A stretch of 64,000 nt of DNA from Octopus sinensis (GCF_006345805.1 NC_043023.1:12896001-12960000); one strand, 5' to 3'. Positions 1-13,580 are shown, numbered from the stretch's first letter. Made by a program: numbers and translations. The notes: generated by a model not told the origin, from the letters alone.

Positions 1-1859
1 CCGGTGAGCGCACTCGAGCTAGTTAGTCGTGACTAGTCGATCCTACAACGACTACCTTGCAAAGTAATTAAAACGCAAAATAAATAATTTTTTGGTGATC
101 CTTCGGTATAGGTACCGTGAGTGGCTTTGTTTACATTTCTGAAGATAACAGAAACCCTTTTCTCCCACCACTAACACAAACCTTAACCATAACCCTCCAT
201 ATATATAAAAAAAAAGACACTTTCTTGAAATGTATCCGGTACCTATACCGAAGTTACGCTCATTTTTTCAAACAAAGAAAATAATTAAAAAAAAAAGTAA
301 ATAAAACAAAAATACAAAGTAAGAATCGACTAGTCACGACTAGCTAGCGCGCCCACCGGGACCTCTCTTCTTAAATAGTACCCTTATATGTTTGTTTATA
401 TTCGCGAGTGCCCGTTCTCCGTATTTTATTTTTTAGTATAAAATATTTAAAAAATAGATCAATCTTTCTAATTTTCTCCATACTTTATGTATTCTGGATA
501 TATTTCCCATTTCCTAACTTTTTCTCACAAGTAAGCGTCATTATCTTGGAGAGGTGCGCGGTACTACTAGCGAAATTCAACGGTTTGTAAGATATTTGTT
601 GTTGTTTTTTCTTCAATTTCTGCAATTTCAACCAATCACTGACGTGTATTGAGGTAAAAAACATTGTCTCGTATGAATATGTCTCTCGTTTAAGAAACAG
701 ATTGTGTTTATTTACATTTCCGAAGAAAAAAAGTATCTTTTCGGTGTGAATTTTAAAATAATTCCGACGTAACTAAACACTTTTAAACTTCGTATACTGG
801 TGAAAGTGTTTATAAAACATCTTTTTCTCTTGGCTTTATTGAGAAACTTCTATGGTTTGTAAGATATTTGTTGTTTTTTTTCTGCAATTTCAACCATTCA
901 CTGACGTCTAATGAGGTAAAAAAAACATTCTGTGCGTTTAAGAAATAGATTGGGTTTAATTATATTCGTGAAGAAAAAAAATATACCCTTCCCCCCAACC
1001 CTAACCCTAACCCTAAAACAGATTGAAATGCAATAGATTGATACCAGGGTCGTAATTATGGGTGACAATTTCATATGGCACCACTAGAAAAAACTGCCGT
1101 TCAAACCGAAAAGATCCGTTTTCACTTCTATATGATTACTTTAACATTGAAGGGTTCACATAATCCCATTATTTACTGGCAGGGTCACTAGCACGCCAGA
1201 CAAAATGCTTCACAATATTTCGTTCGTCAATAGCTTTGTTGAGGGATCTTTTCCTTTTCAACGGCAGTTTTCAACACAATTTCTAGTTAACTAAACACTT
1301 TTAAACTTCGTATAACTGGTAGAATGTGTCAATTTAATTTTTCGAATTTTAACCAATCCTATGCCCTCTTTTTAGCTGAAGTCATTTGCCGCGTCTAAAA
1401 CTGAGTCAACATCCTGTCACTAACCTTAACCCTAACCCTCACCCTAAATTTTAGCCTTTCGGTTTTTTTTTCTTAATTGTTAAGTTAATTTAAGGATAAC
1501 AATTATAAAAAAAAAACGAAAGGCTAAAACGAAAGCAATGGAAAATAATTTAAACAATTAACAAAAAAATAATTCTATAGGATGTTGTCTCAGTTTTAGA
1601 CGCAGCAAATGATTTTAGCTAGATAGAGGTGATTCATTGGTTAAAATTCGAAAAATTAACCTACGTTAAACTTACAAATTACAAATTTCTCAAGAAAGCC
1701 AAGAGAAGAAAATGTTTTATTTTGACACATTCTACCAGTATACGAAATTTAAAACTGCTTAGTTAACTAGAAATTGTGTTGAAATCTGGCCATCAAAAGG
1801 AAAAGATCCTTGTTGAGCTATACATTAAAATAATCAGGAACAAGAGCGTGTCGGTGTAT

Positions 1860-2300
1860 TGCTTATTTTGCTACACAGTGTGAGGGTGGCTACCATCGAC
1901 CATTTAATTCTCTAAGACACCTCTCTCGATTAAACAGACGTTCCATTTTTGCGGACGAACCACAGTGAAAATCCCTGTCTACTTTGCTCTCGAAGCAGGA
2001 ATTCCATGGAGGTCGACTTTGCCTTTAATCCATTCAGCGTTGACGGATTAAGTACCAGTAATCCACTGTCCGCTCCCCACAAGAATTCGGCCCTTCTGCC
2101 TAGTGTAGAAAACATTTTATTATTATTATTATCGTTATTCATCGACACCGAAACGAATGAACGTCGAAGCCGTCCATGGCAGAAACTCCTGACTTCAAAT
2201 ACGGCCGAGGTCGACTTTGTCTTTCAACCCTTTCAGGAAATACTGGGTTCTATGTATTCAACTTTCCGCTCACATGACAAAAATTGCTGGCCTTAGCCAA
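1860..2300 (+). repeat. Block of decayed SINE-like fragments (paralog at 61800-62250)
   Basis: Two GAGGTCGACTTTG(C/T)CTTT motifs. Found only in the first and last units. Confidence 0.45.
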
Positions 2301-3609
2301 AATTTGAAACCATCATCATCGTTACTATTATTAATATAACCTTAAAGTAAGTCATTATCAACTCACCAATTAATTAGTGCCTCTTAAGCAACAGGGCAAC
2401 GTTAATTAATGTGGTATTCTTCAATCGGTTTCCCCTCATTTTACTAATTAATTATGCTACATTACACCCACTTTAGATGTCAATTTACCTTATATCACAT
2501 GGAACAGTCAATCATAGGTTTTCATAAACAACAGATCAACATTTCAGTTTGGAAGTTATTAATTAAGACGAGCAAATTATATTTTCTTAATTGTTGTCAG
2601 GTTCCCGCTTCGAAAAATAATTACTGTGACATCCAGAGGTTCACAGAATTCTATTATTTACATTATTATTAGTAGTTGTAGTATTATCACCTTTACAGCC
2701 TTAAAGTAAATCTTTATCAACTTACCGTATTCACAAATAAGCAACGAGTCAGTGAATCAGTAATTAAGCACCTTAATTAAGAATTTAATTGTTGAACCGG
2801 GGTTGAAGTGTTGCAGAAGTTATTTCCCTTTATATGAGTGTCTTCCTTCTGGTGGGATTCGTTGTAGTTTCCTCTTTGTCCCTTTCTGTCAAGAACTTCA
2901 GTTTCAAGGGTTTTCAAACTTTTACAAGATTCTTTTAATAAAGTGTACTCACACATTCGGATCTTTTCGGTTTGAACGGCAGTTTCTTCTTGCAGTCTCA
3001 TATGAAATTGTCACCCATAATTATGACCCTAGTATCGATCTATTGCATTTCAATCTGTGTTAGGGTTAGGGGTGTGGGGAAGGGTATCTTTTTCTCTCCA
3101 CAAATGTAAATAAACCCAATCTGTTTCTTAAACGAGGGACATATTCATTATGCACAGAATGTTTTTCACCTCAATGGACGTCTTAAGGGGATACAGCCTA
3201 AGAAAGCAAGCAAAATCTGAGTGGAACCTGGAGCAGCACTCTGGCTTGACAGCTCAGACTTTCCCACCCAAACCTGCAAAGAAAATGGACACTGAAGAAG
3301 AAGAAGAAGAAGAAGAAGGAAGATGATGATGATGATGAAAACACAACAAAGAGAAAATCAATGTCACTTAAAACTTTTATTCCTTATTCCCATTTCTTTA
3401 TTCTCTCAAAACAAATTCCTCAAAAATCCAGCACAATCCTCTTCAGAAACCAAAGTTATCTCTGTGTTGATATATTTAGATATATAAATGATATTGAAGT
3501 TGTGATTCATGAATTTCATGTTGACATCCAAGAACCTGAAGTTGATAATGTCAAGCTTGAAGAGGAATAAACCCTGTCTTTTAGCGGACAAAATATTCAT
3601 AATTCTTGT

Positions 3610-5890
<2,281 letters not shown>

Positions 5891-6152
5891 GACGGAAAGA
5901 AGCCCGTCATATATATGTATATATATATATATGCACGTGTGTGTGTGTGTGTGTGTGTGTCTGTGTTTGTCCTCCTAGCATTGCTTGACAATCGTTGCTG
6001 GTTTGTCTATGTCCCCGTCACTTAGCAGTTCGGCAAAAGAGACCGATAGAATAAGTACTGGGCTTACAAAGAATAAGTCCCGGGTCGAGATGCTCTATAA
6101 AAGGCGGAGCTCCAGCATGGCCGCAGTCAAATGACTGAAACAAGTAAAAGAG
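5891..6152 (+). mobile_element. 3' half of the tRNA-derived SINE
   Basis: Starts at GACGGAAAGAAGCCCGTC, directly fused to the ZNF1 array. Confidence 0.75.
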
Positions 6153-6281
6153 AAAGAGAAAGAGAGAATAAGCATGCACAAAGAATTTTATTTTTACAAA
6201 ATGTTTAATAACAAAACATTGAAAATGTCCAGTACACAAAAGAAGAGCTGTCTGTCACAGGAAACAATAGAGAATCCTCCT

Positions 6282-6788
6282 CATCATCATTGTATAACAT
6301 CTGTTTTCCCTGCTAGCATGCAGTCTGATCTGGCAGTGTTTCTACAGCTGGATGCCCTTCCTAAACGCCAACCACTCTGTGAGTGTAGTGGATGCTTTTT
6401 ATGTGCCACCAGCACAGGGGCCAGGGGAGGGTGGCATCGGCCACGATCGGTCGGTGCTTCTTACGTGCCACCAGCACGGAAGTCAGTTGTGCTGGAGCTG
6501 GCAACGGCCACGTTCGGATGGTGCTTTTTACATGCCACTGGCACAGGTGCCAGGGGAAGCTGGCAGCGGCCACGATTGGTTGGTACTTTTTACGTGTCAC
6601 CGGCACTGGTATCACAACTACAATTTCCATTGATGTTGATTGATTTCGATTTGGATTCTGATTCTCACTTGCCTCAACAGGTATTCACAAGTAGAGTTTT
6701 GAGTCCCTAGAAGGAAAGCTATGCATAAGTGGACTGGCTACATCCCAGGTAGAGGCCATGGGTTATGGTCTCACTTGTCCTGCCGGGT
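6282..6788 (-). mobile_element. RTE LINE 3' tail in ZNF2 3' end
   Basis: Same homology and same 5' boundary (ACCCGGCAGGACAAGTGAG). Confidence 0.9.
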
Positions 6789-7867
6789 TGTAATAAATTT
6801 TGATATTGATACGATTTCACCTGTGTATGAATACTCAGATGTGTGCTTAATTGGCCTTTTTGAGAGAATGACTCACCACAAATATCACAACGATATGGTT
6901 TTTCACCTGTATGAATACGTTTGTGCTCCTTTAATGTATAATGCTGGGAAAATGATTTACCACAGATATCACACTCAAATGGTTTTTCCCCAGTATGAAT
7001 ACGTAGGTGTCTGGTTAAAGAGCCATTTTCAGAGAATGATTCACCACAGATATCACATTGATATGGTTTTTCCCCAGTATGAATACGTCTGTGACTAGTC
7101 AAATTATTATTTCTACTGAATGATTTACCACAGATATCACAATGGTATGGCTTCTCTCCTGTATGAATAAGTTTGTGATCAGTTAAATTGTTACTTCTAG
7201 AAAATGATTCACCACAGATATCACAATGGTATGGCTTTTCCCCAGTATGAATAAATTTGTGATGAGTTAACTTGCTATTTTCAGAAAATGATTTACCACA
7301 GATATCACACTGATATGGTTTCTCTCCTGTATGAGTACGTTTGTGTCTAGGTAAAGCAGCTCTTTTAGAAAATGACTTACCACAGATATCACACTGATAT
7401 GGTTTCTCTCCTGTATGAGTACGTTTGTGTTTAGGTAATTCAGCACTTCGAGAAAATGATTTACCACATATATCACACTGATATGGTTTCTCTCCTGTAT
7501 GAGTACGTTTGTGTCTAGGTAAATCAGAGCTTTGAGAAAATGATTTACCACAGATATCACACTGATATGGTTTCTCTCCTGTATGAGTACGTTTGTGTTT
7601 AGGTAAGTCAGCACTTCGAGAAATTGATTTACCACAGATATCACACTGATGCGGCTTGTCCCCAGTATGAATAAATTTGTGATGAGTTAAAGAGCTTTTG
7701 TCAGAAAATGATTTACTACAGATATCACACTTATAAGGTTTGTCTCCAGTATGAACACGTATGTGCCTACTTAGATTACCACTTTTAGAGAATGAGTTAC
7801 CACAGATATCACACTGATATGGCTTCTCTCTTTTATCATTGATTTTTGCTTTAGTTGAATTATTCAT
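6719..7867 (-). CDS. ZNF2: C2H2 zinc-finger protein, 12 fingers, 382 aa
   Basis: ATG-initiated [19 protein letters not shown] followed by 12 CxxC-x12-HxxxH fingers with TGEKP linkers. The C-terminal tail reads into LINE-derived sequence. Confidence 0.93.
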   Translation of the reverse strand: MNNSTKAKINDKREKPYQCDICGNSFSKSGNLSRHIRVHTGDKPYKCDICSKSFSDKSSLTHHKFIHTGDKPHQCDICGKSISRSADLPKHKRTHTGEKPYQCDICGKSFSQSSDLPRHKRTHTGEKPYQCDICGKSFSRSAELPKHKRTHTGEKPYQCDICGKSFSKRAALPRHKRTHTGEKPYQCDICGKSFSENSKLTHHKFIHTGEKPYHCDICGESFSRSNNLTDHKLIHTGEKPYHCDICGKSFSRNNNLTSHRRIHTGEKPYQCDICGESFSENGSLTRHLRIHTGEKPFECDICGKSFSQHYTLKEHKRIHTGEKPYRCDICGESFSQKGQLSTHLSIHTQVKSYQYQNLLQPGRTSETITHGLYLGCSQSTYA

Positions 7868-7889
7868 TATGAGAGAATAATTTCGTTAT

Positions 7890-8722
7890 ACATATCACAA
7901 TGATAGTATCTGTTTCATTTCTATGAATGTTTGTGTTCAAATGCATCAGAGAATAATTAAATGTTATGTTACTTTCATTGGTGATCTTGCTTAATATCTA
8001 AAACAGAAGATATAAATTGGTTAACTCTTTTGTAAAGTTACTCAAACTTAACCTGTAGGTTCATCATCATCTCTACATTCCAGATGGCAAAAAAAATGTT
8101 GCTCTTAATTCCATCATCCAGAAGAAATATTTCCCCATTGTTCGGCGAAGATTTTATTTATATAAAGAAGCTGATGTTTTTATGAATGTGTCTTATGAAT
8201 ATATGGTCTTCCTGTAATTGATGAAAGTCAATAAAAATATCAGACACACATCCCGAATGAAGAAATTTCTTTTAAATCAACATGGTATGATATTCTGAAA
8301 TAGGAAAAAAATTCATTTCTATGAATATATTTGTGTTGCTATCTTCAGAGAATAATTTAATGCTATGCTTCTTTCATCTGTGATCTTGCTTAATATCTAA
8401 ATCAAGAGGTGACAATCGTCTAACGCTTTGTAAAGTTATCCAAGCCTTATTAACCTGTAAAACAATCATCTCCTCTATATTCCAGACAGCAAAGACTTCA
8501 AATTGTTGCTGTTAATTCCATCGTCCAGAAGAAATAATTTGCTGTTGTTTTTCACAGATTTCCTTTATAAGATGAGTTTGATGTATTGATGAATGCTCCT
8601 TATAAATATATCATCTTCCTTTGGTTGATGGGAGCTGATAAAATATCAGAGGCACATCTGAATGAAGTAATTTCTTTCATATCAACAGGATGTTATATTC
8701 TGAAATAGAAAAAAAAAGAAGC
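7890..8722 (-). repeat. Old 405-bp tandem duplication forming the exon-2 leader, each copy headed by a splice acceptor
   Basis: Polypyrimidine tract + TATTTCAG acceptors at 8700 and 8295. The same 405-bp spacing occurs at 31980/31575, 39305/38900 and 59053/58648. Confidence 0.8.
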
Positions 8723-8988
8723 AGTGAGATAAAGAGAATCATTAAACGACATAGTAATTCAACATTGCAAATCTTACAACATCAACACTGTCATCCATTT
8801 AATGTCTATGTTTGCAGGGGTCAGAATCCATTGAGGCATTGAAACTTTTACAACATTCTGTATAGAGATTTCTCTATTGTTCTGCTGTGGGAAAAATTTT
8901 GGTGAAGGGTTAAATAAAATTTTGGCTATGGTGGATCCAATCTACTTCATGCGTGCAAGATTCACTACAAATATATTTGTATACACAA

Positions 8989-9022
<34 letters not shown>

Positions 9023-10636
9023 TTAATCAATATAGGGTGGCAAGGAAAATTTTGTAGAATTTTATTGCCACCAGCGGCCCAGCGGGAAAAAATTAAATAG
9101 TCATAGACCATTTTTAAGTTCAACATTAACAATTAAGGAACGGCCATAATAGGCCATTCACCCACTAGAAATAACAGCCAAAGCTTCTACCGCAAATAAA
9201 GATTAATTCCGTAAACAGGAGAAAATTAAAAAAACATTTACCCTGTAATTTCTTGTACGGTATACCGTTTCATCCGCTGTTTAATGGTAAACTAACCTGA
9301 TTAAATTAAATCAAGCCAATCCTCCATAAGCCCTCGGATTCTTCAGCAAGAAATAGCTCAAGTCGGGACAGATATATACACGAGGCATACCCAATCTTGC
9401 CAAGTCAATATCTGACCTAAAATTTTCAAATCGTCGCACTCGCGCCAAATTTATCGGCAGCAAATAGATATCAGCCGTCGATTCCATTACGGAATTAACC
9501 AAAAAATTCATAATTAATCAATATAGGGTGGCAAGGAAAATTTTGTAGAATTTTATTGCCACCAGCGGCCCAGCGGGAAAAAATTAAATAGTCATAGACC
9601 ATTTTTAAGTTCAACATTAACAATTAAGGAACGGCCATAATAGGCCATTCACCCACTAGAAATAACAGCCAAAGCTTCTACCGCAAATAAAGATTAATTC
9701 CGTAAACAGGAGAAAATTAAAAAAACATTTACCCTGTAATTTCTTGTACGGTATACCGTTTCATCCGCTGTTTAATGGTAAACTAACCTGATTAAATTAA
9801 ATCAAGCCAATCCTCCATAAGCCCTCGGATTCTTCAGCAAGAAATAGCTCAAGTCGGGACAGATATATACACGAGGCATACCCAATCTTGCCAAGTCAAT
9901 ATCTGACCTAAAATTTTCAAATCGTCGCACTCGCGCCAAATTTATCGGCAGCAAATAGATATCAGCCGTCGATTCCATTACGGAATTAACCAAAAAATTC
10001 ATAATTAATCAATATAGGGTGGCAAGGAAAATTTTGTAGAATTTTATTGCCACCAGCGGCCCAGCGGGAAAAAATTAAATAGTCATAGACCATTTTTAAG
10101 TTCAACATTAACAATTAAGGAACGGCCATAATAGGCCATTCACCCACTAGAAATAACAGCCAAAGCTTCTACCGCAAATAAAGATTAATTCCGTAAACAG
10201 GAGAAAATTAAAAAAAAAAACATTTACCCTGTAATTTCTTGTACGGTATACCGTTTCATCCGCTGTTTAATGGTAAACTAACCTGATTAAATTAAATCAA
10301 GCCAATCCTCCATAAGCCCTCGCGAGTGCAACGATTTGAAAATTTTAGGTCAGATATTGACTTGGCAAGATTGGGTATGCCTCGTGTATATATCTGTCCC
10401 GACTTGAGCTATTTCTTGCTGAAGAATCCGAGGGCTTATGGAGGATTGGCTTGATTTAATTTAATCAGGTTAGTTTACCATTAAACAGCGGATGAAACGG
10501 TATACCGTACAAGAAATTACAGGGTAAATGTTTTTTTTAATTTTCTCCTGTTTACGGAATTAATCTTTATTTGCGGTAGAAGCTTTGGCTGTTATTTCTA
10601 GTGGGTGAATGGCCTATTATGGCCGTTCCTTAATTG

Positions 10637-10640
<4 letters not shown>
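9023..10640. repeat. 491-bp tandem array (2.6 copies) plus 320-bp inverted arm, inserted in a (TA)n tract
   Basis: Units start at 9023, 9514 and 10005. 10321-10640 is the reverse complement of part of the unit. Confidence 0.93.
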
Positions 10641-10679
<39 letters not shown>

Positions 10680-11041
10680 TAAGAGAGGGACCACATGTGG
10701 TCACTCTAACGCTAGAAATAGATCCGCAAAGGGAATCCACCACTAAAGAATTGTTCTCAAGCATTAATTCAACACGCCAAGAATGTAAGCGGGCAGGACA
10801 AATGAAAAATAACGAAAAAATGGATTAACTCTATACAATTGTTTCATCGTTAATAGATTGTGTAATTTTACTTACAAATCATTTTCGAATCATCGGTAGA
10901 GTATATCAAAAACATAATTTGCTGAACCAAAGGGAGATTTCTCTATTGTTCTGCTGTGGGAAAAATTTTGGTGAAGGGTTAATTAAAATCTTGGCAAGGA
11001 TGGATCCAATCTAATAAGATTCACTACAAATATATTTGTAT

Positions 11042-11096
<55 letters not shown>

Positions 11097-12340
11097 AGTA
11101 TTAAGAGAGGGACCACATGTGGTCACTCTAACGTTAGAAATAGATCCACAAAGGGAATCCACCACTAAAGAATTGTTCTCAAGCATTAATTCAACACGCC
11201 AAGAATGTAAGAGGGCAGGACAAATGAAAAATAATTTTTTGGCGATCCTTCGGTATAGGTACCGTGAGTGGCTTTGTTTACATTTCTGAAGATAACAGAA
11301 ACCCTTTTCTCCCACCACTAACACAAACCTTAACCATAACCCCCCCATATATAAGAAAAAAAGACACTTTCTTGAAATGTATCTGGTACTTCCGGTACCT
11401 ATACCGAAGTTACGCTCATTTTTTCAAACAAAGAATATAATTTTTTTAAAACAAAGTAAATAAAACAAAAATATAAAGTAAGGATCGACTAGTCACGACT
11501 AGCTACTGCGGATGCGCGCATTTGGACCTCTCTTCTTAAATAGTACCCTTGTAAGAGTTACCACGTCCTTCTCTAAGCTTGGATTCGAAATCGAGTCCAA
11601 GAATCATCGGTCGACAAATACCAATGCATGTATAGGCGCGAAATTAAGAATCCCTTTGTCCTGACATTGCTCAGGTCGGAGGTCAAAGGGAGATGATCAA
11701 TCAGTTTTTGTCAGCACAAAGGGAAAGAGATTTCTCTATTGTTCTGCTGTGGGAAAAATTTTGGTGAAGGGTTAATTAAAATCTTGGCAAGGATGGATCC
11801 AATCTACTTTACGATTCACTACAAATATATTTGTATACACACACACACATATATATATATATACAAGTATTAAGAGAGGGACCACATGTGGTCACTCTAA
11901 CGCTAGAAATAGATCCACAAAGGGAATCCACCACTAAAGAATTGTTCTCAAGCATTAATTCAACACGCCAAGAATGTAAGCGGGCAGGACAAATGAAAAA
12001 TAACGAAAAAATGGATTAACTCTATACAATTGTTTCATCATTAATAGATTGTGTAATTTTACTTACAAATCATTTTCGAATCATCGGTAGAGTATATCAA
12101 AAACATAATTTGCTGAACCAAACGCCAAAATCCATACGAAATTGATGTTATTAATTAATATTCAATTTCTTTCACCCTTACACACACACATATATGTATA
12201 CATAATTATACATATATATGCATAAATACATACGTATACGTACATACATGTTTGTTTATATTCGCGAGTGCCCGTTCTGCGTATTTTATTTTTTAGTATA
12301 AAATAGTTAAAAAAATAGATTAATCGTTCTAATTTTCTCC

Positions 12341-12778
12341 GGTACTATTTAAAAAGTGTGGTCCCGGTGCGCGCACTCGCGCTAGTTAGTCGTGATTAGT
12401 CGATCCTACAACGACTACCTACCAAAGTAATTAAAACACAAAATAAATAATTTTTTTACACAAAGTAAATAATTTTTTGGTGATCCTTCGGTATAAGTAC
12501 CGTGAGTGGCTTTGTTTACATTTCTGAAGATAACAGAAACCCTTTTCTCCCACCCCTAACAGAAACCTTAACCATAACCCCCCATATATATATATATAAA
12601 AAAGACACTTTCTTGAAATGTATCTGGTACTTCCGGTACCTATACCGAAGTTACGCTCATTTTTTCAAAGAAAATAATTTTTTTAAAACAAAGTAAATAA
12701 AACAAACATACAAAGTAAGGCTCGACTAGTCACGACTAGCTAGCGCGCCCACCGGGACCTCTCTTCTTAAATAGTACC
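12341..12778. mobile_element. MITE-like element 1 (about 60-bp TIR, GGTACTATTTAAGAAGAG...)
   Basis: Inverted ends are visible. Other copies are at 1-382 (partial), 11236-11548 (partial), 21196-21369, 32780-33197, 40148-40594 and 52444-52794. Confidence 0.75.
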
Positions 12779-12955
12779 CTTATATGTTTGTTTATATTCG
12801 CGAGTGCCCGTTCTCCGTATTTTATTTTTTAGTATAAAATATTTAAAAAATAGATTAATCTTTCTAATTTCCTCCATACTTTATGTATTCTGGATATATT
12901 TCCCATTTCCTAACTTTTTCTCACAAGTAAGCGTCATTATCTTGGAGAGGTGCGC

Positions 12956-13172
12956 GGTACTACTAGCGAAGAGTGGTCCCGGTGCGCGCACTCACGCATC
13001 CGTGCTAGCTAGTCGTATGTAGTCGATACTACGACTTTTAAACCCTAACCTTAGTTTGTTTACAAAAATAATGTATTTACTTAGTTTAAAAAATTGTAGG
13101 ATCGACTACTTACGACTAGCAAGCTCGGATACCCGAGTGCGCGCACCGGGACCACTGTTCGCTAGTACTACC
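12956..13172. mobile_element. MITE-like element 2 (about 215-bp hairpin, GGTACTACTAGCGAA... TIR)
   Basis: Long near-palindrome. Copies are at 21547-21760, 33375-33591, 41052-41263, 52972-53147 and 59924-60140, and only the left end survives at 560-573. Confidence 0.75.
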
Positions 13173-13420
13173 TTATCATTATTGGTATCATCATCATCAT
13201 TACAGCCTTAAAATAAATCTTTGTCAACTTACCGTATTCAGATACAAACAACGAGTCAGTGATCGTTAATTAAGCACCTTAATTAATTAATTAAGGAAAG
13301 TTATATCCCTTCATATGGTTATAGTTCTTCAATTTTCTATGACTGGTTCGTTTCGTTCCGGTGTCTTCTTTGTCCCATTCTGTCAACGATTTTACCTTCG
13401 AGGTAATATAGAATATATAC

Positions 13421-13580
13421 ACTCACATATTCTAATCTACGACCGTTTCCAGCGCACGAACTGGACCCCGTCGCAGACACCGAAAGAAAGAAGGCATCTT
13501 TGACTTATATCTTCCTGATGTGACGTCAGGCCGTTGCACTTCCGATCCGTTTCTGACGTCATTTTCTCTCCTGTCCAATC
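13421..13580 (-). promoter_or_regulatory. Promoter + non-coding exon 1 + splice donor of ZNF2
   Basis: CCAAT at 13575, TGACGTCA at 13554 and 13521, CGGAAGT (ETS-like) at 13538, TATA-like ATATAAG near 13505, and donor AT/GTGAGT at 13426. A stronger alternative donor, CG/GTAAGT, lies at 13232. Confidence 0.7.

Noticed and set aside
408-590. Recurrent short ORFs (MPVLRILFF..., MVIVLQFS..., MTLQEKTA..., MCTGHFQC...)
   Set aside because: They recur only because the unit is duplicated. They lie in repeats, often start at GTG or TTG, and end variably.
990-1020. CCCTAA runs as interstitial telomere
   Set aside because: Only 2-3 units, always embedded in the same dispersed foldback elements.
6721-7098. 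Plus-strand ORFs starting [13 protein letters not shown]..., and off-frame minus ORFs such as MISVVNHF...
   Set aside because: These are shadow frames of the 84-bp finger repeat and the LINE tail, with no independent coding signal.
7820-8720. KRAB, SCAN, BTB or ZAD domain upstream of the fingers
   Set aside because: No such motif in any frame. The leader is interrupted by stops.
9311-9511. 66-aa ORF in the 491-bp unit, or a mitochondrial control-region origin for the unit
   Set aside because: No recognisable motif, and neither idea can be supported without a search.
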